NCBI GenBank assembly: GCA_964016885.1
Contig: OZ024745.1
Span: 310,001-374,000, forward strand
DNA: 64,000 bases
DNA from: Eledone cirrhosa
Taxonomy: Eukaryota
Reading direction: 5' to 3'
The notes below the pieces were generated by a model that was not told the origin of the DNA, did not search any database, and saw only the letters and a list, made by a program, of their open reading frames with translations. Made by a program: the position numbers and the translations under genes. Positions 39,145 through 54,100 of the stretch are shown in pieces (within the stretch, counting starts at the first letter, position 1; the number at the start of each line of letters is the position of its first letter).

Positions 39145-39755
39145 TGTCAGGTCACCAGTTGGTGCTACTGGTAACATGTATCACAGTACAACCTGTCCCA
39201 TGGTCGGGTCGTTGACGACTAAACTGGCAACCCCACCAAGGTTTCTTGGTGAGGAGGGTGACTTTGGACATCCTGCAGGACTAAAAACAAAACCTGTCAA
39301 AGGGCAAAGGAGCTCTTAAGAGTCAATGGCCATCCAAAATCACCGGGAAAGATGAGCCCTTAGCCTTTGTCAAGGCAGAATTCTAGGAGAAGGAAAACTC
39401 TGATATAACACCTGCAACCCTGATGGTATCCAATGAGGTTGACTTGTTCTTCTTTTTGGTAAATATCATCTTGGTTAAGAGAGTGGGACTGGCTTTGTGC
39501 AGTGCCTTTGCTCACTATAAAAGCTTCACGGCACAGGCCTTGCTTTATATCTGGAGATCTCTCTGCACTTGTCGTCACATGGTACCATGGACCCAGCACT
39601 ATGTGTCAATAATTGTCACAAGTGTAGTGTTTGTACCAGAGTTTTCAAGTCACTGGCTGCACTAAAAAGTCACATTCGTTCAGCGCATCGGTAGGGGTTC
39701 TCCTACATGGATATAAAGTAGTGGCCATACTCGAAAACGAGTTGGCAGCCACCAT
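39145..39755 (+). mobile_element. Non-autonomous RTE-derived bipartite retroposon, copy 4, with candidate 10-bp TSD
   Basis: Full-length copy; atgtaaacat occurs at 39131-39140 and 39754-39763. Confidence 0.9.
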
Positions 39756-39849
39756 GTAAACATCCAATGAATGCCTGCAGCTATTTCCCTTTCCTAATAG
39801 CGTGATGGCCAAAGCTAGATCTGACATTAATATTGAAAAAGGCAATATA

Positions 39850-41450
39850 ACAACAACACCACACCACCAACCCACCGCCAACCACACCACCAACACCACC
39901 CCACCAACAATACCACAACACCACCCCACCACCACCCCAACACCACCACAATCACACCACCCCACACCACCAACACCACACCACCAACACCACCAACAAC
40001 ACCACCCCACCAACACCACATCACCACCAACAACACCACCAACACCACACCACAACACCACACCACCAACACCACACCAACACCACCACCACCACCACAC
40101 CACCAACACCACCATACCACCAACACCACACCAACAACACCACACCAACAACAACACCAACACCACACCAACAATACCACCACCAACACCACCACACCAC
40201 CAACACCAACACCCCACCACCAACAGCACCACACCACCAACACCACCACACCACCAACACCACCACCCCACCACCAACAGCACCACACCACCAACAACAC
40301 CACCCCACCAACACCACACCACCACCAACAACACAACACCAACACCACCACCAACAACACCAACACCACCACCAACAACACCACACCACACCACCAACCC
40401 CACCACAACACCACACCACCACCAACACCACACCAACAACACAACACCACCAACCCCACCACACCACCAACAACACCAACACCAACACCACCCCACACCA
40501 CACCACACCAACACCACACCACAACACCATCAACACCACCATCAACACCACACCACCAACACCAACACCACCAACACCACACCAACAACACCACCACACC
40601 AACAACACCAACACCACACCAACAGCACCACCACCAACACCAACACCGCACCACCAACAACACCCCACCACCAACACCAACACCACCAACACCACACCAA
40701 CAACAACACCAACACCACACCAACAACACCACCACACCAACAACAACACCAACACCACACCAACAACACCACCACACCACCACACCACCAACAACACCCC
40801 ACCACCAACAACACCACACCACCAACACCACCACACCACCAACACCACCCCACCAACACCACACCACCACCAACAGCACCACACCACCAACAACACCACC
40901 GACACCACACTACCACCAACACCACCACCAACAACACCACCACACCAACACCAACACCACACCACCAACCCCACCACACCACCAATAACACCACCAACAC
41001 CACACCACCAACACCACACCAACAACACCACATCACCAAAACCACCACACCACCAACAAGAACACCACACCACCACCACCAACTACACCACCCCACCAAC
41101 AACACCACCCCACCAACGACACCACCCCACCACCCCACCAATAAAACCACACCACCGCCAACAACACCACAGCACCACCACCACCACCAATAACACCCCA
41201 CCACCAACACCACACCACCAACAACACCACCCCACCAACAACACCACACCACCAAAACCACCACACCACCACCAACAACACCACCCCACAACACCAACAC
41301 CACACCACACCACCAACAACAACAACACCACCCCAACACCAACAACATCACACCACCAACAACACCACACCACCACCACCAACAACACTATACCACCAAC
41401 AACACCACACCACCAACAACACCACACCAACACCACCCCACCACGAACAC
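39850..41450. repeat. CAC/CAA/CCA low-complexity tract
   Basis: Almost only A and C on the plus strand. Confidence 0.95.
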
Positions 41451-41751
41451 CACAGAGGGGGAACAAATCAACAACAATAACAACACCATATTTCTCAGAC
41501 AAATCAATCAGCCTAGAAATGTTGCTCTCTGAAACATTGATTTAATAATTCTATCAAGTTGTAGAAATGGAGAAGACCAAGTAGTGAAACTGTTTGGATA
41601 ACTTTATATTCCTGCTCCAATATTATAAACCCTTTCATTACCATATCATCATCATGTTAGTAAGGGTGGGATCTCTACTGAAATACACGCTATATAATGA
41701 TGTAATACAATGTCTTCTATGGAAAGGTTGACCCTAGTAAGATGGAATTAT

Positions 41752-41938
41752 TTTTAATTTTGGCACAAGGCCAGCAATTTGAGGGAAGTGAAAGTTAATT
41801 ATATTCCAGTATTTAATTGGTTCTCTATGACATCAACCCCAGAAGGATGAAAGGTGAGGTTAACCTTGGTTAGATTTGAACTCACAGATGTAAAGAACCA
41901 GAAGAAATAATGCTAAGCATTTGTTCAATGCTCTAATC
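41752..41938 (-). mobile_element. SINE S1, degenerate
   Basis: tttggcacaaggccagcaattt...aaggatgaaaggtgaggttaaccttggttagatttgaactcaca. Confidence 0.7.
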
Positions 41939-41943
41939 CATTT

Positions 41944-42125
41944 CATCATCATTTAACGTGCATTTTTCCATGCTAATTTTTCCATAGACAAAATGTCGTG
42001 TTGTGAGACAAGTCAAGTCAGGTGACCATGTCTTGTTCATACAGAACTGTTTCTGGATTGGTTTCTACAGCTGAATACCTTTCCTAACACCAACTACATT
42101 AACAGTGTGAACTGGTACCTTTTGA
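41944..42125 (-). mobile_element. RTE-type 3'UTR/tail module leading directly into the 48-bp satellite
   Basis: catcatcatttaacgtgcatttttccatgcta...tttctacagctgaatacctttcctaacaccaactacattaacagtgtgaactgg. Confidence 0.75.
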
Positions 42126-45100
42126 CATGTCACCAACACAACCACTTTACAGTGTGAACTGGGTACCTTTTGTCATGTCACCAACACAACCACTTTACAA
42201 TGTGAACCTGGGGACCTTTTGTCATGTCACCAACACAACCACTTTACAATGTGAACTGGGTACCTTTTGCATGTCACCAACACAACCACTTTACAATGTG
42301 AACTGGGTACCTTTTGTCATGTCACCAACACAATCACTTTACAATGTGAACTGGGTGCCTGTTGTCATGTCACCAACACAACCACTTTACAATGTAAACT
42401 GGGTGCCTGTTGTCATGTCACCAACACAACCACTTTACAGTGTGAACTGGGTACCTTTTGTCATGTCACCAACACAACCACTTTACAGTGTGAACTGGGT
42501 ACCTTTTGTCATGTCACCAACACAACCACTTTACAGTGTGAACTGGGTACCTTTTGTCATGTCACCAACACAACCACTTTACAATGTGAACTGGGGACCT
42601 GTTGTCATGTCACCAACACAACCACTTTACAATGTGAACTGGGTACCTTTTGTCATGTCACCAACACAACCACTTTACAATGTGAACTGGGTACCTGTTG
42701 TCATGCCACCAACACAACCACTTTACAGTGTGGACTGGGTACCTGTTGTCATGTCACCAACACAACCACTTTACAGTGTGAACTGGGTACCTTTTGTCAT
42801 GTCACCAACACAACCACTTTACAGTGTGAACTGGGTACCTTTTGTCATGTCACCAACACAACCACTTTACAGTGTGAACTGGGTACCTTTTGCAATGTCA
42901 GCAACACAACCACTTTACAGTGTGAACTGGGTACCTGTTGTCATGTCACCAACACAACCACTTTACAATGTGAACTGGGTACCTTTTGAAATGTCACCAA
43001 CACAACCACTTTACAGTGTGAACTGGGTACCTGTTGTCATGTCACCAACACAACCATTTTACAATGTGAACTGGGTACCTGTTGTCATGTCACCAACACA
43101 ACCACTTTACAGTGTGAACTGGGTACCTGTTGTCATGTCACCAACACAACCACTTTACAATGTGAACTAGGTACCTTTTGCATGTCACCAACACAACCAC
43201 TTTACAGTGTGAACTGGGTACCTGTTGTCATGTCACCAACACGACCACATTACAATGTGAACTGGGTACCTTTTGCATGTCACCAACACAACCACTTTAC
43301 AATGTGAACTGCGGACCTTTTGTCATGTCACCAACACAACCACTTCACAGTGTGAACTGGGTACCTTTTGTCATGTCACCAACACAACCATTTTACAATG
43401 TGAACTGGGTACCTTTTGTCATGTCACCAACACAACCATTTTACAATGTGAACTGGGTACCTGTTGTCATGTCACCAACACAACCACTTTACAATGTAAA
43501 CTGGGTGCCTGTTGTCATGTCACCAACACAACCACTTTACAGTGTGAACTGGGTACCTTTTGTCATGTCACCAACACAACCACTTTACAGTGTGAACTGG
43601 GTACCTTTTGTCATGTCACCAACACAACCACTTTACAGTGTGAACTGGGTACCTTTTGTCATGTCACCAACACAACCACTTTACAATGTGAACTGGGGAC
43701 CTGTTGTCATGTCACCAACACAACCACTTTACAATGTGAACTGGGTACCTTTTGTCATGTCACCAACACAACCACTTTACAATGTGAACTGGGTACCTGT
43801 TGTCATGCCACCAACACAACCACTTTACAGTGTGGACTGGGTACCTGTTGTCATGTCACCAACACAACCACTTTACAGTGTGAACTGGGTACCTTTTGTC
43901 ATGTCACCAACACAACCACTTTACAGTGTGAACTGGGTACCTTTTGTCATGTCACCAACACAACCACTTTACAGTGTGAACTGGGTACCTTTTGCAATGT
44001 CAGCAACACAACCACTTTACAGTGTGAACTGGGTACCTGTTGTCATGTCACCAACACAACCACTTTACAATGTGAACTGGGTACCTTTTGAAATGTCACC
44101 AACACAACCACTTTACAGTGTGAACTGGGTACCTGTTGTCATGTCACCAACACAACCATTTTACAATGTGAACTGGGTACCTGTTGTCATGTCACCAACA
44201 CAACCACTTTACAGTGTGAACTGGGTACCTGTTGTCATGTCACCAACACAACCACTTTACAATGTGAACTAGGTACCTTTTGCATGTCACCAACACAACC
44301 ACTTTACAGTGTGAACTGGGTACCTGTTGTCATGTCACCAACACGACCACATTACAATGTGAACTGGGTACCTTTTGCATGTCACCAACACAACCACTTT
44401 ACAATGTGAACTGCGGACCTTTTGTCATGTCACCAACACAACCACTTCACAGTGTGAACTGGGTACCTTTTGTCATGTCACCAACACAACCATTTTACAA
44501 TGTGAACTGGGTACCTTTTGTCATGTCACCAACACAACCATTTTACAATGTGAACTGGGTACCTGTTGTCATGTCACCAACACAACCACTTTACAATGTG
44601 AACTGGGTACCTGTTGTCATGTCACCAACACAACCACTTTACAATGTGAACTGGGTACCTTTTGTCATGTCACCAACACAACCACTTTACAGTGTGAACT
44701 GGGTACCTGTTGTCATGTCACCAACACAACCACTTTACAGTGTGAAGTGGGTACCTTTTGTCATGTCACCAACACAACCATTTTACAATGTGAACTGGGT
44801 ACCTGTTGTCATGTCACCAACACAACCATTTTACAGTGTGAACTGGGTGCCTGTTGTCATGTCACCAACACAACCACTTTACAGTGTGAACTGGGTGCCT
44901 GTTGTCATGTCACCAACACAACCACTTTACAGTGTGAACTGGGTACCTGTTTCTCATGTCACCAACACAACCACTTTACAGTGTGAACTGGGTATCTGTT
45001 GTCATGTCACCAACACAACCACTTTACAGTGTGAACTGGGTACCTTTTGTCATGTCACCAACACAACCATTTTACAATGTGAAGTGGGTACCTTTTGTCA

Positions 45101-48100
45101 TGTCACCAACACAACCACTTTACGGTGTGAACTGGGTACATGTTGCATGTCACCAACACAACCACTTTACAGTGTGAACTGGGTACCTTTTGTCATGTCA
45201 CCAACACAACCATTTTACAATGTGAACTGGGTACCTTTTGTCATGTCACCAACACAACCATTTTACAATGTGAACTGGGTACCTTTTGTCATGTCACCAA
45301 CACAACCATTTTACAATGTGAACTGGGTACCTGTTGTCATGTCACCAACACAACCACTTTACAATGTGAACTGGGTACCTTTTGTCATGTCACCAACACA
45401 ACCATTTTACCGCTTGAACTGGGTGCCTGTTGTCATGTCACCAACACAACCACTTTACAGTGTGAACTGGGTACCTGTTCTCATGTCACCAACACAACCA
45501 CTTTACAGTGTGAACTGGGTACCTGTTCTCATGTCACCAACACAACCACTTTACAGTGTGAACTGGGTACCTGTTGTCATGTCACCAACACAACCACTTT
45601 ACAGTGTGAACTGGGTACCTGTTGTCATGTCACCAACACAACCACTTTACAGTGTGAACTGGGTACCTGTTCTCATGTCACCAACACAACCACTTTACAG
45701 TGTGAACTGGGTACCTGTTCTCATGTCACCAACACAACCACTTTACAGTGTGAACTGGGTACCTGTTGTCATGTCACCAACACAACCACTTTACAGTGTG
45801 AACTGGGTACCTGTTGTCATGTCACCAACACAACCACTTTACAATGTGAACTGGGTACCTGTTGTCATGTCACCAACACAACCACTTTACAGTGTGAACT
45901 GGGTACCTGTTGTCATGTCACCAACACAACCACTTTACAGTGTGAACTGGGTACCTGTTGTCATGTCACCAACACAACCACTTTACAGTGTGAACTGGGT
46001 ACCTTTTGTAATGTCACCAACACAACCATTTTACAATGTGAACTGGGTACCTGTTGTCATGTCACCAACACAACCACTTTACAGTGTGAACTGGGTACCT
46101 TTTGTCATGTCACCAACACAACCACTTTACAATGTGAACTGGGTACCTGTTGTCATGTCACCAACAAAACCACTTTACAGTGTGAACTGGGTACCTTTTG
46201 TCATGTCACCAACACAACCACTTTACAGTGTGAACTGGGTACCTTTTGTCATGTCACCAACACAACCACTTTACAATGTGAACTGGGGACCTGTTGTCAT
46301 GTCACCAACACAACCACTTTACAATGTGAACTGGGTACCTTTTGTCATGTCACCAACACAACCACTTTACAATGTGAACTGGGTACCTGTTGTCATGCCA
46401 CCAACACAACCACTTTACAGTGTGGACTGGGTACCTGTTGTCATGTCACCAACACAACCACTTTACAGTGTGAACTGGGTACCTGTTGTCATGTCACCAA
46501 CACAACCACTTTACAATGTGAACTAGGTACCTTTTGCATGTCACCAACACAACCACTTTACAGTGTGAACTGGGTACCTGTTGTCATGTCACCAACACGA
46601 CCACATTACAATGTGAACTGGGTACCTTTTGCATGTCACCAACACAACCACTTTACAATGTGAACTGCGGACCTTTTGTCATGTCACCAACACAACCACT
46701 TCACAGTGTGAACTGGGTACCTTTTGTCATGTCACCAACACAACCATTTTACAATGTGAACTGGGTACCTTTTGTCATGTCACCAACACAACCATTTTAC
46801 AATGTGAACTGGGTACCTGTTGTCATGTCACCAACACAACCACTTTACAATGTAAACTGGGTGCCTGTTGTCATGTCACCAACACAACCACTTTACAGTG
46901 TGAACTGGGTACCTTTTGTCATGTCACCAACACAACCACTTTACAGTGTGAACTGGGTACCTTTTGTCATGTCACCAACACAACCACTTTACAGTGTGAA
47001 CTGGGTACCTTTTGTCATGTCACCAACACAACCACTTTACAATGTGAACTGGGGACCTGTTGTCATGTCACCAACACAACCACTTTACAATGTGAACTGG
47101 GTACCTTTTGTCATGTCACCAACACAACCACTTTACAATGTGAACTGGGTACCTGTTGTCATGCCACCAACACAACCACTTTACAGTGTGGACTGGGTAC
47201 CTGTTGTCATGTCACCAACACAACCACTTTACAGTGTGAACTGGGTACCTTTTGTCATGTCACCAACACAACCACTTTACAGTGTGAACTGGGTACCTTT
47301 TGTCATGTCACCAACACAACCACTTTACAGTGTGAACTGGGTACCTTTTGCAATGTCAGCAACACAACCACTTTACAGTGTGAACTGGGTACCTGTTGTC
47401 ATGTCACCAACACAACCACTTTACAATGTGAACTGGGTACCTTTTGAAATGTCACCAACACAACCACTTTACAGTGTGAACTGGGTACCTGTTGTCATGT
47501 CACCAACACAACCATTTTACAATGTGAACTGGGTACCTGTTGTCATGTCACCAACACAACCACTTTACAGTGTGAACTGGGTACCTGTTGTCATGTCACC
47601 AACACAACCACTTTACAATGTGAACTAGGTACCTTTTGCATGTCACCAACACAACCACTTTACAGTGTGAACTGGGTACCTGTTGTCATGTCACCAACAC
47701 GACCACATTACAATGTGAACTGGGTACCTTTTGCATGTCACCAACACAACCACTTTACAATGTGAACTGCGGACCTTTTGTCATGTCACCAACACAACCA
47801 CTTCACAGTGTGAACTGGGTACCTTTTGTCATGTCACCAACACAACCATTTTACAATGTGAACTGGGTACCTTTTGTCATGTCACCAACACAACCATTTT
47901 ACAATGTGAACTGGGTACCTGTTGTCATGTCACCAACACAACCACTTTACAATGTGAACTGGGTACCTGTTGTCATGTCACCAACACAACCACTTTACAA
48001 TGTGAACTGGGTACCTTTTGTCATGTCACCAACACAACCACTTTACAGTGTGAACTGGGTACCTGTTGTCATGTCACCAACACAACCACTTTACAGTGTG

Positions 48101-51100
48101 AAGTGGGTACCTTTTGTCATGTCACCAACACAACCATTTTACAATGTGAACTGGGTACCTGTTGTCATGTCACCAACACAACCATTTTACAGTGTGAACT
48201 GGGTGCCTGTTGTCATGTCACCAACACAACCACTTTACAGTGTGAACTGGGTGCCTGTTGTCATGTCACCAACACAACCACTTTACAGTGTGAACTGGGT
48301 ACCTGTTTCTCATGTCACCAACACAACCACTTTACAGTGTGAACTGGGTATCTGTTGTCATGTCACCAACACAACCACTTTACAGTGTGAACTGGGTACC
48401 TTTTGTCATGTCACCAACACAACCATTTTACAATGTGAAGTGGGTACCTTTTGTCATGTCACCAACACAACCACTTTACGGTGTGAACTGGGTACCTGTT
48501 GCATGTCACCAACACAACCACTTTACAGTGTGAACTGGGTACCTTTTGTCATGTCACCAACACAACCATTTTACAATGTGAACTGGGTACCTTTTGTCAT
48601 GTCACCAACACAACCATTTTACAATGTGAACTGGGTACCTTTTGTCATGTCACCAACACAACCATTTTACAATGTGAACTGGGTACCTGTTGTCATGTCA
48701 CCAACACAACCACTTTACAATGTGAACTGGGTACCTTTTGTCATGTCACCAACACAACCATTTTACCGCTTGAACTGGGTGCCTGTTGTCATGTCACCAA
48801 CACAACCACTTTACAGTGTGAACTGGGTACCTGTTCTCATGTCACCAACACAACCACTTTACAGTGTGAACTGGGTACCTGTTCTCATGTCACCAACACA
48901 ACCACTTTACAGTGTGAACTGGGTACCTGTTGTCATGTCACCAACACAACCACTTTACAGTGTGAACTGGGTACCTGTTGTCATGTCACCAACACAACCA
49001 CTTTACAGTGTGAACTGGGTACCTGTTCTCATGTCACCAACACAACCACTTTACAGTGTGAACTGGGTACCTGTTCTCATGTCACCAACACAACCACTTT
49101 ACAGTGTGAACTGGGTACCTGTTGTCATGTCACCAACACAACCACTTTACAATGTGAACTGGGTACCTGTTGTCATGTCACCAACACAACCACTTTACAG
49201 TGTGAACTGGGTACCTGTTGTCATGTCACCAACACAACCACTTTACAGTGTGAACTGGGTACCTGTTGTCATGTCACCAACACAACCACTTTACAGTGTG
49301 AACTGGGTACCTTTTGTAATGTCACCAACACAACCATTTTACAATGTGAACTGGGTACCTGTTGTCATGTCACCAACACAACCACTTTACAGTGTGAACT
49401 GGGTACCTTTTGTCATGTCACCAACACAACCACTTTACAATGTGAACTGGGTACCTGTTGTCATGTCACCAACAAAACCACTTTACAGTGTGAACTGGGT
49501 ACCTTTTGTCATGTCACCAACACAACCACTTTACAGTGTGAACTGGGTACCTTTTGTCATGTCACCAACACAACCACTTTACAATGTGAACTGGGGACCT
49601 GTTGTCATGTCACCAACACAACCACTTTACAATGTGAACTGGGTACCTTTTGTCATGTCACCAACACAACCACTTTACAATGTGAACTGGGTACCTGTTG
49701 TCATGCCACCAACACAACCACTTTACAGTGTGGACTGGGTACCTGTTGTCATGTCACCAACACAACCACTTTACAGTGTGAACTGGGTACCTTTTGTCAT
49801 GTCACCAACACAACCACTTTACAGTGTGAACTGGGTACCTTTTGTCATGTCACCAACACAACCACTTTACAGTGTGAACTGGGTACCTTTTGCAATGTCA
49901 GCAACACAACCACTTTACAGTGTGAACTGGGTACCTGTTGTCATGTCACCAACACAACCACTTTACAATGTGAACTGGGTACCTGTTGTCATGTCACCAA
50001 CACAACCATTTTACAATGTGAACTGGGTACCTGTTGTCATGTCACCAACACAACCACTTTACAGTGTGAACTGGGTACCTGTTGTCATGTCACCAACACA
50101 ACCACTTTACAATGTGAACTAGGTACCTTTTGCATGTCACCAACACAACCACTTTACAGTGTGAACTGGGTACCTGTTGTCATGTCACCAACACGACCAC
50201 ATTACAATGTGAACTGGGTACCTTTTGCATGTCACCAACACAACCACTTTACAATGTGAACTGCGGACATTTTGTCATGTCACCAACACAACCACTTCAC
50301 AGTGTGAACTGGGTACCTTTTGTCATGTCACCAACACAACCATTTTACAATGTGAACTGGGTACCTTTTGTCATGTCACCAACACAACCATTTTACAATG
50401 TGAACTGGGTACCTGTTGTCATGTCACCAACACAACCACTTTACAATGTGAACTGGGTACCTGTTGTCATGTCACCAACACAACCACTTTACAATGTGAA
50501 CTGGGTACCTTTTGTCATGTCACCAACACAACCACTTTACAGTGTGAACTGGGTACCTGTTGTCATGTCACCAACACAACCACTTTACAGTGTGAAGTGG
50601 GTACCTTTTGTCATGTCACCAACACAACCATTTTACAATGTGAACTGGGTACCTGTTGTCATGTCACCAACACAACCATTTTACAGTGTGAACTGGGTGC
50701 CTGTTGTCATGTCACCAACACAACCACTTTACAGTGTGAACTGGGTGCCTGTTGTCATGTCACCAACACAACCACTTTACAGTGTGAACTGGGTACCTGT
50801 TTCTCATGTCACCAACACAACCACTTTACAGTGTGAACTGGGTATCTGTTGTCATGTCACCAACACAACCACTTTACAGTGTGAACTGGGTACCTTTTGC
50901 ATGTCACCAACACAACCATTTTACAATGTGAAGTGGGTACCTTTTGTCATGTCACCAACACAACCACTTTACGGTGTGAACTGGGTACCTGTTGCATGTC
51001 ACCAACACAACCACTTTACAGTGTGAACTGGGTACCTTTTGTCATGTCACCAACACAACCATTTTACAATGTGAACTGGGTACCTTTTGTCATGTCACCA

Positions 51101-54100
51101 ACACAACCATTTTACAATGTGAACTGGGTACCTTTTGTCATGTCACCAACACAACCATTTTACAATGTGAACTGGGTACCTGTTGTCATGTCACCAACAC
51201 AACCACTTTACAATGTGAACTGGGTACCTTTTGTCATGTCACCAACACAACCATTTTACCGCTTGAACTGGGTGCCTGTTGTCATGTCACCAACACAACC
51301 ACTTTACAGTGTGAACTGGGTACCTGTTCTCATGTCACCAACACAACCACTTTACAGTGTGAACTGGGTACCTGTTCTCATGTCACCAACACAACCACTT
51401 TACAGTGTGAACTGGGTACCTGTTGTCATGTCACCAACACAACCACTTTACAGTGTGAACTGGGTACCTGTTGTCATGTCACCAACACAACCACTTTACA
51501 GTGTGAACTGGGTACCTGTTCTCATGTCACCAACACAACCACTTTACAGTGTGAACTGGGTACCTGTTCTCATGTCACCAACACAACCACTTTACAGTGT
51601 GAACTGGGTACCTGTTGTCATGTCACCAACACAACCACTTTACAGTGTGAACTGGGTACCTGTTGTCATGTCACCAACACAACCACTTTACAATGTGAAC
51701 TGGGTACCTGTTGTCATGTCACCAACACAACCACTTTACAGTGTGAACTGGGTACCTGTTGTCATGTCACCAACACAACCACTTTACAGTGTGAACTGGG
51801 TACCTGTTGTCATGTCACCAACACAACCACTTTACAGTGTGAACTGGGTACCTTTTGTAATGTCACCAACACAACCATTTTACAATGTGAACTGGGTACC
51901 TGTTGTCATGTCACCAACACAACCACTTTACAGTGTGAACTGGGTACCTTTTGTCATGTCACCAACACAACCACTTTACAATGTGAACTGGGTACCTGTT
52001 GTCATGTCACCAACACAACCACTTTACAGTGTGAACTGGGTACCTTTTGTCATGTCACCAACACAACCACTTTACAGTGTGAACTGGGTACCTGTTGTCA
52101 TGTCACCAACACAACCACTTTACAATGTGAACTGGGTACCTGTTGTCATGTCACCAACACAACCACTTTACAATGTGAACTGGGTACCTGTTGTCATGTC
52201 ACCAACACAACCACTTTACAGTGTGAACTGGGTACCTTTTGTCATGTCACCAACACAACCATTTTACAATGTGAACTGGGTACCTTTTGTCATGTCACCA
52301 ACACAACCATTTTACAATGTGAACTGGGTACCTGTTGTAATGTCACCAACACAACCACTTTACAGTGTGAACTGGGTACCTGTTGTCATGTCACCAACAC
52401 AACCACTTTACAGTGTGAAGTGGGTACCTTTTGCGTGTCACCAACACAACCACTTTACAATGTGAACTGGGTACCTGTTGTCATGTCACCAACACAACCA
52501 CTTTACAGTGTGAACTGGGTACCTTTTGTCATGTCACCAACACAACCACTTTACAGTGTGAACTGGGTACCTTTTGCATGTCACCAACACAACCACTTTA
52601 CAATGTGAACTGGGTACCTGTTGTCATGTCACCAACACAACCACTTTACAGTGTGAACTGGGTACCTTTTGTCATGTCACCAACACAACCACTTTACAAC
52701 GTGAACTGGGTACCTGTTGTCATGTTACCAACACAACCACTTTACAATGTGAACTGGGTACCTTTTGTCATGTCACCAACACAACCATTTTACAATGTGA
52801 ACTGGGTACCTTTTGTCATGTCACCAACACAACCATTTTACAATGTGAACTGGGTACCTGTTGTCATGTCACCAACACAACCACTTTACAATGTGAACTG
52901 GGTACCTTTTGTCATGTCACCAACACACCCATTTTACCGCTTGAACTGGGTGCCTGTTGTCATGTCACCAACACAACCACTTTACAGTGTGAACTGGGTA
53001 CCTGTTCTCATGTCACCAACACAACCACTTTACAGTGTGAACTGGGTACCTGTTCTCATGTCACCAACACAACCACTTTACAGTGTGAACTGGGTACCTG
53101 TTGTCATGTCACCAACACAACCACTTTACAGTGTGAACTGGGTACCTGTTGTCATGTCACCAACACAACCACTTTACAGTGTGAACTGGGTACCTGTTCT
53201 CATGTCACCAACACAACCACTTTACAGTGTGAACTGGGTACCTGTTCTCATGTCACCAACACAACCACTTTACAGTGTGAACTGGGTACCTGTTGTCATG
53301 TCACCAACACAACCACTTTACAGTGTGAACTGGGTACCTATTGTCATGTCACCAACACAACCACTTTACAATGTGAACTGGGTACCTGTTGTCATGTCAC
53401 CAACACAACCACTTTACAGTGTGAACTGGGTACCTGTTGCATGTCACCAACACAACCACTTTACAGTGTGAACTGGGTACCTGTTGTCATGTCACCAACA
53501 CAACCACTTTACAGTGTGAACTGGGTACCTTTTGTAATGTCACCAACACAACCACTTTACAATGTGAACTGGGTACCTGTTGTCATGTCACCAACACAAC
53601 CACTTTACAGTGTGAAATGGGTACCTTTTGTCATGTCACCAACACAACCACTTTACAGTGTGAACTGGGTACCTGTTGTCATGTCACCAACACAACCACT
53701 TTACAATGTGAACTGGGTACCTGTTGTCATGTCACCAACACAACCACTTTACAATGTGAACTGGGTACCTGTTGTCATGTCACCAACACAACCACTTTAC
53801 AGTGTGAACTGGGTACCTTTTGTCATGTCACCAACACAACCATTTTACAATGTGAACTGGGTACCTTTTGTCATGTCACCAACACAACCATTTTACAATG
53901 TGAACTGGGTACCTGTTGTAATGTCACCAACACAACCACTTTACAGTGTGAACTGGGTACCTGTTGTCATGTCACCAACACAACCACTTTACAGTGTGAA
54001 GTGGGTACCTTTTGCATGTCACCAACACAACCACTTTACAATGTGAACTGGGTACCTGTTGTCATGTCACCAACACAACCACTTTACAGTGTGAACTGGG

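Noticed and set aside
39645-41502. His/Thr/Pro-rich or Val/Trp/Cys-rich ORFs
   Set aside because: A/C-only low-complexity tract, open in nearly all frames, with no codon structure
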